A stretch of 63,873 bases of DNA, filler included, from Octopus bimaculoides (Eukaryota): assembly GCF_001194135.2 (NCBI RefSeq). It is 7 parts of 5 records of this genome, joined end to end, with 100 filler letters (N's around TTAATTAATTAA, not from the genome) between each part and the next. Parts side by side here need not be neighbours in the genome. Positions count along the whole stretch, not along the records: positions 31,121 to 45,756 come from NC_068982.1; positions 45,857 to 51,993 come from NC_068987.1; 5 more parts are not named here. One strand, given 5' to 3'. Below the pieces are notes generated by a model. The model searched no databases and was not told the DNA's origin. It saw only the letters and a list, made by a program, of their open reading frames with translations. This document shows, piece by piece, positions 34,780 to 48,297 of this stretch. The translations under genes and the position numbers were made by a program. How positions within the stretch are numbered: position 1 is the first letter of the stretch; each line of letters starts with the position of its first letter.

Positions 34780-35422
34780 TGTGACTGGTGACGAAAATTA
34801 GATCTTTCGAAATGTTAAACGTCGTAAACAGTGGCTTAGTAAAAGGGAAAAAGCTCAACCACAACCGAGAAGGGAACTTTATGGAAAAAAGTTTCTGCTC
34901 TCTATCTAGTGGATTGCAAAGGAGTATTTCACTTTGCATTGTTACCATCTAATGCTCAAGTCTACTGTCAACAATTATAGATTTTGAACCAAGCTTTGAA
35001 GAAAAAAAGACCCGCGTTAGTGAATCGAAAAGGAGTGACGCTTTATGAGGACACTGCGCAATCCCACACTGCAAAGATCACATCACAAAAGATCGAAGAG
35101 CTTGGTTCGGAAAAAAATCCTCATCCTCCTTATTCGCCCGACCTTGCTCCTTCAGACTACCATTTGTTGCGTAGTTTACGGAATCATGTGGGGGACATAA
35201 CTTACGCAAGTCAGGAGGAGGTCGAAACTGACATTTCGGAGTTCTTCGCTTTGAAATCAAAAGAGTTTTACATTGATGGGATTAAAAAGCTTGTAAATAG
35301 ATGGATGGAAGTCATAGTTTATCAGGGAAAGTACATTGATGATTAAATTCAAATTATATATAACATTTGATCACTTGTTTTCTTTATTCAAAATTCGGAC
35401 AGAACTTATGGGATAACGTGAT
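34780..35422 (+). mobile_element. Mariner transposase 3' half with right TIR
   Basis: VTGDE at about 34781; ORF 34984-35346 with KKRPALVNRKGV, HPPYSPDLAPSDYHL and GIKKLVNRWMEVI..QGKYIDD; ends CGGACAGAACTTATGGGATAACGTGATA. Confidence 0.9.
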
Positions 35423-35910
35423 AGTAAGTGCATTTGATTGATGTGTTTTATATATTTGTGAATATACGATATATTATAATTAGAAAACAGATAAATAGAT
35501 ATATAAAGTATGCATAAAAATTTAAAAACAAGCTAAAAAGATAAAATACAATAAAAATGAGAGTAAAAACATAAAAATATATATATGTGATGTAACCTTA
35601 GACGGGTTTTCAAGACGGATATATTTGATTCATAAATTTGTACCACACTCTCACCTTTTTGGCCTGTGCTGCTCACCTACTCCATAGCAATAGGAGAAAA
35701 CGAAAAAGAAAAGTATACATACAAGCATACATACAAGCATACATACATATATGTATATACTGGAAACTATTGCAGAATATATGTAGACTTACGTGGGAAA
35801 GTATTGCATTTTCCTCGACTTATCAAACGCATTTACGGATCTTTTTTCTGATACTTCAATCATATATGTATATATATATATCAAAATAAGCAACACGGAA
35901 ATTCAAGATT

Positions 35911-35977
35911 AATGCAGTACGATCGTTTCATGCGACTCCATTTATTTAAGCAATGTGAGCATTACATCAAATGTAAA
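35911..35977 (-). ncRNA. Decayed hammerhead motif
   Basis: The 3' half GCAT-GAAAC-GATC-GTA-CTGCATT is intact (palindrome ACGATCGT, same helix I arm as 25704). The 5' half has decayed to TTGATGTA-ATGC. Confidence 0.45.
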
Positions 35978-37278
35978 ATGCAGAACAATCTTCATATCCT
36001 TGTTGCTTATTTTGATTTTTAATCACCTTATTTGACCCCTATTATATGAGTCTTCTAAGGGCGAAACACTCAGAAACTAATGTTGATCCCCCCACACACA
36101 TACACATAACGTGCGCCAACACAGTTTCCTGCTCTGTATTACTAGTTTCCTGACAAATCCTCCTACACCTATCACAGAGTTTTGGAATAGGCTGATTATT
36201 TTTATAGTATAATATCTCATGTGCTCATTGAAATTTTAGTATAATATCTCATGTGCCCATTGAAATTCCACCGACTACTTGTCATTCCCCTTTAATGTCA
36301 ACATTGTCTATTCACCATTGTCAGCTATGAAAGTGTCAGCTAGTGATAACAGCGTTACCACATCCTTGATCTGAATCGCTTGTTTTGTCGACGTTCATGT
36401 GCAATAGTATAAAACTATGAGTTGTTATATATCGCATGTTCAAATCCTACTGTTTCTCTGTCCTCATTTTTGAATAAGACAAACACACATGCCTGCACAT
36501 TTTACTCTCTCAAATTGAGGTAATGTAATTCCACACATCATCTAGCATAACATGAAAATATTACTTCGTTGGTACACAGAAGCCATTCCTCGGGAGTCTT
36601 TAACGATGCAAATATTCATGCTTAGTTTCTTTCTCGTGCCTTAATAACAGAAAAGAAAAATTACATCATGCTTATTCACACAACCTTACCATACTGAGCG
36701 TATTTTTTGCTGAACTATGCATATTAACATTTTTCTATGTTAGTGGGATATTACTTGTGTGATAATGTTGTTGCTTTCGTAAAGGGTTACTTCCTTATTT
36801 CATTATGTCACTATTTGAATCGTGTGTATGTTATGTCATAGAAACATTTTTTGTTCATTTATTTCATGGAAAATGTCTGTTTCTGATTGTTCGGCATTTT
36901 GTGTGCTATTGGAGGATATCATTGTTGATGTTGTTGACGATATTCTTTAGAAATCTCCGAAGAGAAGAAAATGTCAAAAATAACCATCCTTCATTGGATA
37001 TTTTGGCTAAAAGAAATATTCAGAACGGTCTGCTTTGTATTAACAAAAAGGAAGAAAAGCTTTTCATACGCCTTGAACGGTAAACATTTCAAGAATTTTG
37101 TGAGCTGTCAGGAGCACCTACAACAACAACTAATACATCCTCGTCCTCCTCCTCCCCGTCCTCCTCCTCCTCGTCCTCCTCCTCCNNNNNNNNNNNNNNN
37201 NNNNNNNNNNNNNNNNNNNNNNNNNNNNNNNNNNNNNNNNNNNNNNNNNNNNNNNCCTCCTACTACTACTACTACTAT

Positions 37279-37311
<33 letters not shown>

Positions 37312-37479
37312 CTCCGTTAACCCTAACGCTCGACGTGCTGACGATTCTGTCAGCTTTCATAATAAAAAAAAAAAAATAATAATAATAGGCTAAAACTGAT
37401 AGGCTGTACATGTCCAGAAGATAAGGCGGGATAGGTTTGATCAGTTGCCAAGATTCTAAAGCAGGGGAAAAAGGAAAAT

Positions 37480-37900
37480 ATGGAAACCAAGGGCATACAT
37501 ATTGCAATACGCAGGAATGCACGAATTAGTGACGAAGAACTATAAAAAATCGAAAAGGACCGACTACTAAAAGACGAAATTGCAAGAAAACGGACTATGA
37601 AGAGAGTGTCTGTCATTCTTGTAGCTGTAGAGGCCCTCGGAGCACTAACAGCCAAGTTCGAGAAATATGTCAGTGTAACTGGAAGTGACATGAGATCAGG
37701 CCAAGCCCAAAATACTGCTGTGCGGTGAACTGTTAGGATTTTGAGATTTATATTTGGATGTTGAATGTCTCCCACGATAATTAACAACCAAGTACCATAT
37801 TTATATATGCAGAAAGAGACACTGTGTGACATCTGACATCAGGCTGTTATTCACTCTCACAAAATCTACCAGAAAAAAAAAAGATAGAGAGCTATGGGAA
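37480..37900 (+). mobile_element. R4/Dong-type LINE extreme 3' fragment
   Basis: HIAIRRNARISDEEL*KIEKDRLLKDEIARKRTMKRVSVILVAVEALGAL...AQNTAV..TVRILR matches the RLE tail and is followed by a long (TAA/GAT)n tract. Confidence 0.7.
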
Positions 37901-37919
37901 GTAAAACAAGTATAACAAA

Positions 37920-38072
37920 AATGATAATAATTATGATGACGATGACGATGACGATGATAATGAAAATAATAATAATAATAATAATAATATTAACAATAAT
38001 GATAATGATAATGATAATAATAACAACAACAACAACAACAACAACAACAATAATAATAATAATAACAACAGC

Positions 38073-38146
<74 letters not shown>

Positions 38147-38180
38147 TAACAATAATAATAATGATGATAATGATAATACA
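37920..38180. repeat. (TAA/GAT/CAA)n trinucleotide tract
   Basis: Directly visible; similar tracts at 42515-42690, 50395-50820 and 55025-55150. Confidence 0.95.
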
Positions 38181-39583
38181 GTACCAAGCAGTGGCTCTGA
38201 AGGCTTTTAATCTTAATTGATTGGAAGAGTTATCATGTACATTGATTTGTCTTGGTATAAAAAATGGGCTGCAGCAAATATTTTGCTCAATACCACAGAT
38301 TTACTTGTCAGTTTTAGACCATAACCAGTTGAGCATGTCCCTTAGTGGCTGACAATATCTGCCTCCACAAGCAGAATTAATGGGGGAGCATCATAGTCAT
38401 GTGTTCTTTTGGGTTTGGATAATTCACCTCTGGAAACATGGGTGTTTCGTTCAACATCCTTAAACAAACCTTATTCAGAGACATTTTGTGCGGGATGGGT
38501 TACTCGACCCGATGAAAATTCTAACTAGGCCCCACCAGGGAGGTCGTTCGTTGTTAGTTGTGATATGCCTGGTGTACCCTTTGTGTGAACACTTTGTCTT
38601 CCCGTCGCTCACTAACAGAATATGTAAACATGCCTTTTCTTTTAACAACACAATTAAATGCATGATAAAAAATTAAGGAAATAAGCAACTGCCAATATAT
38701 ACATAATGCACAACTACAAAAACTGTAAACCACAGGAAAACTTTTAAAAAGAAAAGAAAAATTCCAAACGAAAAGGAACAAGAAATTCCGAAATTAAAAA
38801 ATACAGCAAGGTGAACATCTCTTATTCCTACTATTCCCAAAGACTGGAATATCTACAATTTCCAGTGAATATTTTAACTCTCCCTCAAAATAAAATAAGT
38901 TAGGAAACTTACATACCTACAACTTTCGAACACTCAAACGATCGTCCCTTTTCTTCTATGAACACTACCATTTCTCTCTGTGCGGTCATACAAAAGGCCA
39001 TAATTAGTAAATCTTAAAACTTTACTATCTTCAACTTGTTTTCTTTTCTCTTTGACTCACCTTGAGTATTCNNNNNNNNNNNNNNNNNNNNNNNNNNNNN
39101 NNNNNNNNNNNNNNNNNNNNNNNNNNNNNNNNNNNNNNNNNNNNNNNNNNNNNNNNNNNNNNNNNNNNNNNNNNNNNNNNNNNNNNNNNNNNNNNNNNNN
39201 NNNNNNNNNNNNNNNNNNNNNNNNNNNNNNNNNNNNNNNNNNNNNNNNNNNNNNNNNNNNNNNNNNNNNNNNNNNNNNNNNNNNNNNNNNNNNNNNNNNN
39301 NNNNNNNNNNNNNNNNNNNNNNNNNNNNNNNNNNNNNNNNNNNNNNNNNNNNNNNNNNNNNNNNNNNNNNNNNNNNNNNNNNNNNNNNNNNNNNNNNNNN
39401 NNNNNNNNNNNNNNNNNNNNNNNNNNNNNNNNNNNNNNNNNNNNNNNNNNNNNNNNNNNNNNNNNNNNNNNNNNNNNNNNNNNNNNNNNNNNNNNNNNNN
39501 NNNNNNNNNNNNNNNNNNNNNNNNNNNNNNNNNNNNNNNNNNNNNNNNNNNNNNNNNNNNNNNNNNNNNNNNNNNNNNNNNNN

Positions 39584-39636
<53 letters not shown>

Positions 39637-40639
39637 CTTCTCCCTTTACTTTTTACTTGTTTTACTTGTTTCAGTCATTTGGCTGCGGCCATGCTGGAGC
39701 ACCGACTTTAGTCGACCAAATCGACCCTCGGACTTATTCTTTTATATGTATATGTATATATGCATGTGTGTGTGTGTGTGTGTTTTATTATTATTGTTTT
39801 TCTACCAGTAATTACATATAGAAAAGTTTGAATTGCTTCTTTTCAAGGCCCAATTCTCAGCGGCTTCTGGTAGTAGTGAACACATTTGACCTCTGCTGAC
39901 CCAAAGGGTGCGAAGATTCTTTTATCTATATCACTGCCCTCACCACCATGTGTCGAATCTATTTATAGACCTGTAGATTATGATCTTTTCACCAAACCAC
40001 TGCCCAACTATTTCCTCTAACAATAGTATTGGTGGTGATGGTGATAATGAAAAAAATAAAATTAATAATAATATGCTGCAACTGCTGATACTAAATACTA
40101 CTAATACTACAATACTACTACAACTAATAATATTATGATAGCATAGGAATCTGAGGTCAAAGTGTAATACTTACAACTACCTCTACCCATACTATTGTTG
40201 CTGTTGCTGCAACCATTACTGCTACTACACATAAATACACTGATATCAGTGATATCGGTGATGATGATAATAATAATAATGATGGAAGGAAACGGGTGAA
40301 GCCTCCTTATGGGCTGACTGATGATGCATCGTTCAGGTTCTAAGAATTTGGAATTTTGGTCTCAGGTAGGTCCAAGTAAGATTTCCCAAACGAGTTCGTC
40401 ACAATCATAGTAACATTGAATGCCATTATGGTTTTTCGATTTCTTGATATGAGTGGGATAAAAAAGATGATATTGGGCATGCTTAACGGGCTGAGAGCGG
40501 ATCACTAAAGCCTAAAGAGACGCCGCCATAATAAAACGTTTAAGCTATTGAAACTGGGACCAAAACCGACGCTACGTAGAGTCGATTAGTCCTATGAAAA
40601 AAAAAAAAATTTTGAAAAGCCCTACTCTGAAAGCAGGTC

Positions 40640-41130
40640 TTTTTTGAAGTGGTGCTATGATATTTTGTATGAATTAGAGATTGACACAAGGATATCAGCG
40701 GAAATCGTACAGATTCCTTCGTCTAACTGCCTGCTGATGACAAATTCTAACCGCTTGTTAAAATCACTTATTTTAGCACTAATTTATGTTGAAATTCTTA
40801 ATAATTCCTCATATTTGGGTCATTGAATAACTCTGTCAGCCCGTCTCCATTCACACAGCTTGTTGTTTTCCGTTTGAGGCAATAGACATCTGCACACACA
40901 TATGAAAAATAGTGGCATGGAGCAAGCTTGTAAACTAGACTATATGATGCTCGCAATTTCCCTAGAACTATCACTCATGTGAACTCAAAGCTTTATCTTC
41001 TTTTCCGGTAATCTCTGAAGACTATCAAAGGCTTCAAAGTTCGCGATCGACATTTCCAAATGTCTCTACTCGTATAGAGTGTGGAAAATTTCTGCAAAAC
41101 GTTACTAAACCTGCGCTTGAACTCACATAT
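40640..41130 (-). mobile_element. Very old LINE RT remnant
   Basis: Faint motifs in the correct order across frameshifts: AGF, FEAFDSLQR, VNGDGLTELFN, DF-ADILVSISNS. Confidence 0.3.
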
Positions 41131-42572
41131 GATGGAAATGCTAGTATAATATTGTTTCTACATCATGTGTGATATTGTTTCTACGCTGCGCCGTACCTAT
41201 TCAACAATATTATTTTTTGTTCTATTGAGTTTTAATGAAATCATCATAACACCGACAAAGCCTTTGTGTTTTTTATGAAAGAAATTATCGGGGCACATCT
41301 CACAGCTTGCACTTCCATAGTGCTTTTGCAAATATATATTTGTCTATCGGTATTTCCTCAGTAAAACTTATAAATCTCGCGTATGTTTATCTTTAATGAT
41401 ATTCAAGCATTATCACCCAAAGCTTAATGTCAAATTGTGTATTAAGAGTTGGGGAGAGTGACGATCCATTTAGAGCATATATAAAAGTTTTCAGAGGCAG
41501 ATGCCTTATTCGATTGCCTCAACACTTCTACTTCGTTTTGGAATATTACCTCAACTTGCTTCTTTTTTCTCAGGTACCGAATTTTATTCAACACGCCTTG
41601 ATGCATTTTTTATTGCATTAGAAAACGTTTTGCTCCGTATACATTTCCAAATGCCTCTACTTTTACTTAATGGCATTCTTCTATCGCTTCTACATTATAT
41701 CACAGTCCCTATCACTCAAATATTCACTTCTCAAGTGAATGGTAAATCTATGAGCAGGAAGCTCTTGCAAACGTGCTCGATTTTTATATGCTTTGTTGAT
41801 TTTGCTATTGTTAATGTTGAAGTTGATATTTTCTTCACGGTTCTGGTTCTATATATAACTTTAACTAATTGTTTCCCGTTTCCATACGGCAAATTATGAT
41901 ATTGGTGTCATATTTTGTTACAATGTTTACTTACATGCCCAACTGTTTTGTGGCTGCTCTTGTGGATGAAAAATAGCAGTTTTGTATTTTCCATCGTCCA
42001 TTGCAGTATATTTTTTCTCGATTATGGTATTGTTACCAATATTGTTGGCATTATTTCGTCTAATTTTTTATTGAAGTTGTTGTTTTCCTCGTCGTCATTG
42101 TTGTTCGCTATACGAGTCCATATTTGGCATCATTGGTTTGTTGCAACAAAACATAACTGTTGTTCATAGAATTAGCATCCATGAGTGTGCTATAAGTTTC
42201 TCCGACGAAATCCAAGTGCATAAAGTCATATTTGGGCCTTGATGAGTAACGTTCATGTGACAGATAACAGCTTTACCTTTATTACTACAATGGTTCTAAT
42301 GCTTTACTATTCAGTGATGCTCTGTCTTCAAATTTCAAGCGGAGTGACGTTCAAAACAATGTTATTCCTCTAAGGAATACCGGAAAATGCAACATTTCCT
42401 CCCTTAGTGATTAGAGTCTCTGACAATTGTATGGAATAATTGTTAGATTTGTAGGACGAGTATATAAATCTGAGTCGACTTACGGAACGTAGACTCTTAC
42501 AGCCTTTTCTACATTGATAATGATGTTGATGATGGCAATGACGATGATGATAATAATGATGATCATGGTTAC

Positions 42573-42649
<77 letters not shown>

Positions 42650-42977
42650 CAACAATAACGACGACGATAACAACAACTACAACAAAAATAATAATGGAAA
42701 ACCAAGGATAAAATAGTTGCATATATTTATTAAAAAACAGAAAATCAAACGCATTGTGAAAGAATGCGGAAATTAAGACCAAAATAATCTGTTTATAGTA
42801 TTTAATATGGTACCGACCACACAATGGCAAAGAATAATTCATTCTACAGTATATATATATATAGAAAATACCATTAGTCTTTATGGTTTGGAGTTTATGA
42901 AGGTCAATTCAATAGTAAATAGCATTATATAATCATGCATCTATATACCTGTCAGTCTAATTGTGTGTCTATCAGTG

Positions 42978-43039
<62 letters not shown>

Positions 43040-43719
43040 CTTACGTTTATATTTATCTGTTTCTTCCTATCTCTATATATATATGTATGTACATATATAT
43101 ATATATATAAATGCATAATGCATACACGTACATATTATGAGTATATATGGAAGCACGCACTTACACATACTCTTATATGTTTGTATGCAGATGTATTTTA
43201 TGTGTTTATTTTGGTTATTCACTAACACACCATGAAAATGATAACACTGAAATCCACAATAAATTTACTTGTTTAAAACATATTGTATTCTTAATAAAAC
43301 TTTCTAGGCAACATTGCACAAGTTGCATAGTTACTAAGCAGTAGAAAACTTATTTTAGTTCTGATGGGAGTTTCCTAAACTGCAAGTACCATAAAACCGT
43401 AAAGAAACAATATATAACTATAGATAACATGCAGCATAATTCACATGAGGTGAATAAATATGCATATTGCCATTAATTTGATAAATGTTAAAACATGACT
43501 GATATATCAGAAGCAGCGCAAAGAATAGGCAATTTACAGCACAAGAGTATATTTATATATTGTGAAATGGTGTGCATTATCGTGTTTCATTCTAACTCAA
43601 GTCTATAATCGTCTGAAGCGTACAGAATGATTTTTGCATTATAAATTTTCTCATACGTATACACGCAAACTCAAAGAATACAGATTCATATACAGATACA
43701 GACACACACATGAATATGT

Positions 43720-43761
<42 letters not shown>

Positions 43762-45439
43762 GCATACATCGAGAAATATATATACATATGTGTGTATATG
43801 TGTCTGTATATGTTGATGTATGTATGTATTTACGTGTGAAAGTATATATATATATATATATATATANNNNNNNNNNNNNNNNNNNNNNNNNNNNNATATA
43901 TCAATGTATGTATGAACATATATATGTGTATATCTATTTTTAAACGTATGAGGGCTATCAAAAATTAATATTCTCTGTTGACGTTGAGAACAACTGGACA
44001 ATATGATACCACAGTGAAAATGGCAGTAGAATTTTTCAGTTAGCTTAATCTGGTGTTTTAGGCCACTTTGAACTATATTGATGGTTTTTCGGTGACATTG
44101 CTTGCTCTTAGGGTTACGTTGTTTCATGATTTCTAGTCATATCAAGGATATCACGCATTAGCATTATTGCTCACAAAAAGCTTTCATTAATTGTTATTTA
44201 TCCTGAAAATTTAATGGGCATTTACTGACTTTTGTGATGATTTTAACAATATATACCCACCACTAAATTATATATTATGGTAGAATTTAGCTGTAGAATC
44301 AGTACAATGTGGGTGTGGGTTTATGGTTTCATGTAAATATGAAGTGTAACAAGCATGTTATATTATTCTCTACACTGCTGATAAGACTTATTGCGTGAAA
44401 TTCACAGAATATTTTGGAAAAATATAAATAGCCATTATAATAATAAATAAATTCCTTTTAAAATTTTATAATATAATAAAAGAATAACGCACATGAAATA
44501 AAATTTGTATTTAGCACAGTATTTTGTTTTTAATTCCGAGAATATAAAATCTATGAAATAAAACATTGGTAATTTATTGAAGAACTCTTGTTAGTTCTCT
44601 GTATAATTCTTCATTCAACGGTATATTACCCTGAGACAATTTTACAATCATTAAATTACCTCTCTGCTTCAAGCAATAGCTGTATAATATCGTGAGAGAT
44701 AATAGCATATCACTTGTCTTAAAAGTACAAAAAAGATAGGTGTATATGTAAAGCCAAAATGAGAATGTTGTGATTGTAATAAAAACAAACAGAAGTAAGT
44801 GCATTTCTATAATGGTTCTCTGCACTATGAATATATGTAATTTCCCAGTGCTACGACGTATATTGTATACAGCAGTGTTCAGAAGGATAATCGGCTATTG
44901 TATTTTGTCATATAGCTCCAGTACAAGAAACATTCTTTGTCCTGCAGTGTATTGTATATTATAATGCCTTACAAGTCTATTATATGAAAAATAGATTTGT
45001 AAGGAAATTCCATTGAACACATTAAATAAAAAAAAATTTTAATGCGGTAAGTGTGAATGTATTTAATCATATCAGCGAACGAACTTATGATTAAGAAAAT
45101 ACATATATTTCACTTGAACACCACGCTGACGTACACGCTCATAAACGTAGGTGTAAATATACATACATAAAAGTATGTATACATATACACATGGAATAAA
45201 GGACTAAATTTTTATTTTTATTTAAATTTTGAATTTTATGTCATGTCCTTCACCGACATCTTTTATAGTGAGTAGATATAATATGAGTGGTTATAGTGGC
45301 TTTATAGAGGTTTTGACTGATATTTCTAGACATGTAAAAGTTTTTACAACCCTCTCCATTATAATTGTGATTTATTCACAATTCTACTCTCTTCTTTTAT
45401 GAAAAACAGTTTTCGTTGCATGTACTGACCACATGTATA

Positions 45440-45756
45440 TATATATCTCTTCACCCCTACTCTTTCTCTCCTCTCTCTTACTCTCTCTCACTCTCTTCTT
45501 TCGTACTCCCCCCTCTCTCACTCTTACTCTCTACACTCTTACTCTCTTACTCTCTCACCTTTACTCTCTCACCTTTACTCTCTCACTCTCTTCTCTCTTT
45601 CCCTCTCTCTCACTCTCTCTCACTCTTACTCTCTACATTCTTACTCTCTTACTCTCTCACCCTTACTCTCTCACTCTTACTCTCTACATTCTTACTCTCT
45701 TACTCTCTCACCCTTACTCTCTCACTCTTACTCTCTACATTCTTACTCTCTTACTC
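45440..45756 (+). repeat. Pyrimidine-rich tandem repeat (CTTACTCT-based, ~51-bp higher-order unit)
   Basis: CTTACTCTCTACATTCTTACTCTCTTACTCTCTCACCCTTACTCTCTCACT is repeated and runs into a gap. Confidence 0.85.
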
Positions 45757-45955
45757 NNNNNNNNNNNNNNNNNNNNNNNNNNNNNNNNNNNNNNNNNNNN
45801 TTAATTAATTAANNNNNNNNNNNNNNNNNNNNNNNNNNNNNNNNNNNNNNNNNNNNAAACTCAGATGAAATACAATATTAGTATTAAACTAAAAAAAGTT
45901 TATTGATAAAGAGGCCGTAAATTTTTTTTTTTAATGAAAAACACGATATACATTA

Positions 45956-46727
45956 TTAATTTTTCTTCTTCTCCCCCATTTTGTTGATGAGATTCATGTT
46001 GCCTATCATGAAAATTAACATACTAAAATGTTCATTCGACAAGGACGATCTCTTGACACTCAAGATGTCCTTGCTCATGGAAAATAAACGTTCAACTGCA
46101 GCACTGGAAGGGATGGCTGTGTTGAACTTGATGAACAAGTCCACCAACACTTGCTCAATCAAGAAGGCAGCATCTGTCAGTAGCTCTTTGGAGTTGGTTT
46201 CCAGGCAGGTCTTTACTAAATTCTGGGCCTTGTCCTTCAGTGATCTGTGACTTCCGTTCTCTTTTTGTTGGGTGACATCACTAAAGAAGTTATCCTCCGC
46301 CTCTTCGTTGTTGCTGCTCACTTCCTCAGACTGCTGTCTCATAGTCTCCTCGACCTTATCCTCCATGCTTCTCCTCACCTTGGTGAAGTTGGTGCTATCA
46401 TACCTATCCAACCAGATGAAGCGAAACCCAGGGTGGAGGGCAGCAGCCAGTTGGCATTCCTCATCGTCCAGGAGGATCGCAAATCTTTTGTCGATGCCTA
46501 CCAAAACTGTCTTTGCAAGCAACAAGCGGGAGGATTTGGTTTCAAATCCAGGCAGGGTCAAACGAGGTCCTACAAGCTATTTATAATAAGTGGCGTCATA
46601 TCGGGGTTGAAAGAATGACGCATACAATATTAAATATACCAAGACAATCTGAAAACAATAAAATCTTTTAAACGTTCACCGGTTTTTATGAAATTTTGGG
46701 GTTAACGGACTTGAGTTAACGGAAGCT
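45956..46727 (-). mobile_element. hAT transposase C-terminal (dimerization domain) fragment, internally deleted
   Basis: ORF 45956-46561 with AAALHPGF and FNTAIPSSAAVERLFSMSKDILSVKRSSLSNEHFSMLIFM; repeated GTTAACGGA subterminal motifs at 46701-46725. Confidence 0.88.
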
Positions 46728-47309
46728 NNNNNNNNNNNNNNNNNNNNNNNNNNNNNNNNNNNNNNNNNNNNNNNNNNNNNNNNNNNNNNNNNNNNNNNNN
46801 NNNNNNNNNNNNNNNNNNNNNNNNNNNATCTCTTTGATTCTTTAAATGTGCTGGCCCCCTGATAATTAATCGATATTTTTTAAAATGTAGATAGATAGAT
46901 AGATAGATAGATAGCGGACTTCTAGTGATTTTATTAGTAGCTTGTTTCAAATTTTGAATTTGGTTAAAATGATTCTCTACTCCTACACCGTTGCTTGACC
47001 TATAAAAAATAAGAACCAAATGTCTTCTAATAATTCATTTTCACCTTTTAAAAAGGACGGACATATTTAACAATGTGGCACCAGTAATTCGAAAAGACTG
47101 GATAGTTACTGCTAGAATGTTTTTGATGGTATGATAATAAATACATTCATCGAAAATCTATTCGCTAAAAATGGTTGAAAGTATATTGGCCGAAAGACAA
47201 AGTAGACTAAAAAAAAACAAAAGAAAAAAAGAAAAACAAAGTCGTAGAAAGACACATTGGCCAAAAGATACAAAGTGTTCTTAGAAAGATGTTGTTGTTG
47301 GCACTTCGT

Positions 47310-47675
47310 CGCTTAAGACGTCGAGGGTTCCAGTTAATCCGATCAACGGAACAGCCTGTTCGTAAAATTAACGTGCAAGTGGTTGAGCACTCCACAGACA
47401 CGTGTACCCTTAACGTAGTTCTCAGGGATATTCAGCGTGACACAGTGTGACAAGGCTGGCCCTTTGAAAAACAGGTACAACAGAAACAGGAAGAAAGAGT
47501 GAGAGAAAGTTGTGGTGAAAGAGTACAGCAGGGTTCGCCACCATCCCTTGCCGGAGCTTCGTGGAGCTTTAGGCATTTTCGCTCAATAAACACTCACAAC
47601 GCCCGGTCTGGGAATCAAAACCGCTATCCTATGCCCGTGAGTCCGCTGCCCTAACCACTAGTCCATTGCGCCTCC
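47310..47675 (-). mobile_element. tRNA-derived SINE family B, near-complete copy
   Basis: The minus-strand head GGAGGCGCAATGGACTAGTGGTTAGGG...GGTTTTGATTCCC has A/B-box-like motifs. The body is shared with 8770-8885, 19570-19720, 20065-20350 and 26113-26222. Confidence 0.85.
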
Positions 47676-48135
47676 ACTCTTAGAAAGATATATTCGTAGG
47701 AAAACATACTGGCCAAAAGACAAATTCATAGATATCATTAGATATCAAATTCATCCAGGTCATATTCATCAAAATGTTTCAGCCCTGAGTAAAATTCGGG
47801 AGTTGGCTACCCTAAGACAGTTCGACGTGGTCTACAACCACGTTCTGGTAACTCCTGAGACGATGTTTGTACCAAATCGTGCTGTTCTTTTAAATCCATC
47901 AGCGATTTGAAGGGGAGGACAAGTTGCTTGGATACCAAACTCTCCGCCATATCGCGCTGACTAAGACTGAATCTTATCGAACACTAATGATTGGAAAGAT
48001 AGAACCAGCAGCCACAGACAACGCTGTTCCAGTGGGGTGAACAACTAGGACAGACGAAGGCCAAAGGTGACCGTAATTTTTAAGTGATTATAACATCTTG
48101 TAGAATGAAAAACTTTGGGTTAAACAAATATCCTG

Positions 48136-48297
48136 GGTATGACATTAAACTGCATCCGGTAATGAGGCTCCATTTCGGGAGTTTTGGAGTTGTGGGGAGC
48201 GTGGTGTCACCCCTTATTTACCATTACTTCCAGGTCCGTTCTGACCCGGGACGGAAGTATCTGTCAGGATCCCATCTATGGGTTAAATAAATTTTTG
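48136..48297 (+). repeat. Interspersed repeat (second copy at 52695-52850)
   Basis: Shared TAAACT(G/A)CATCCGGTA...CCAGG(T/C)C...TCTGACCCG...(G/T)TA(G/C)GA(T/C)CCCA...CTATGG frame. Confidence 0.6.

Noticed and set aside
44570-44950. Possible CCDC65 exon 3 or a plus-strand intron (GTAAGT...CTGCAG)
   Set aside because: No similarity to CCDC65, and the flanking frames contain stops.
47965-48075. CTGACTA/CAGACGA hammerhead-like strings
   Set aside because: Multiple core mismatches and no GAAAC in register.
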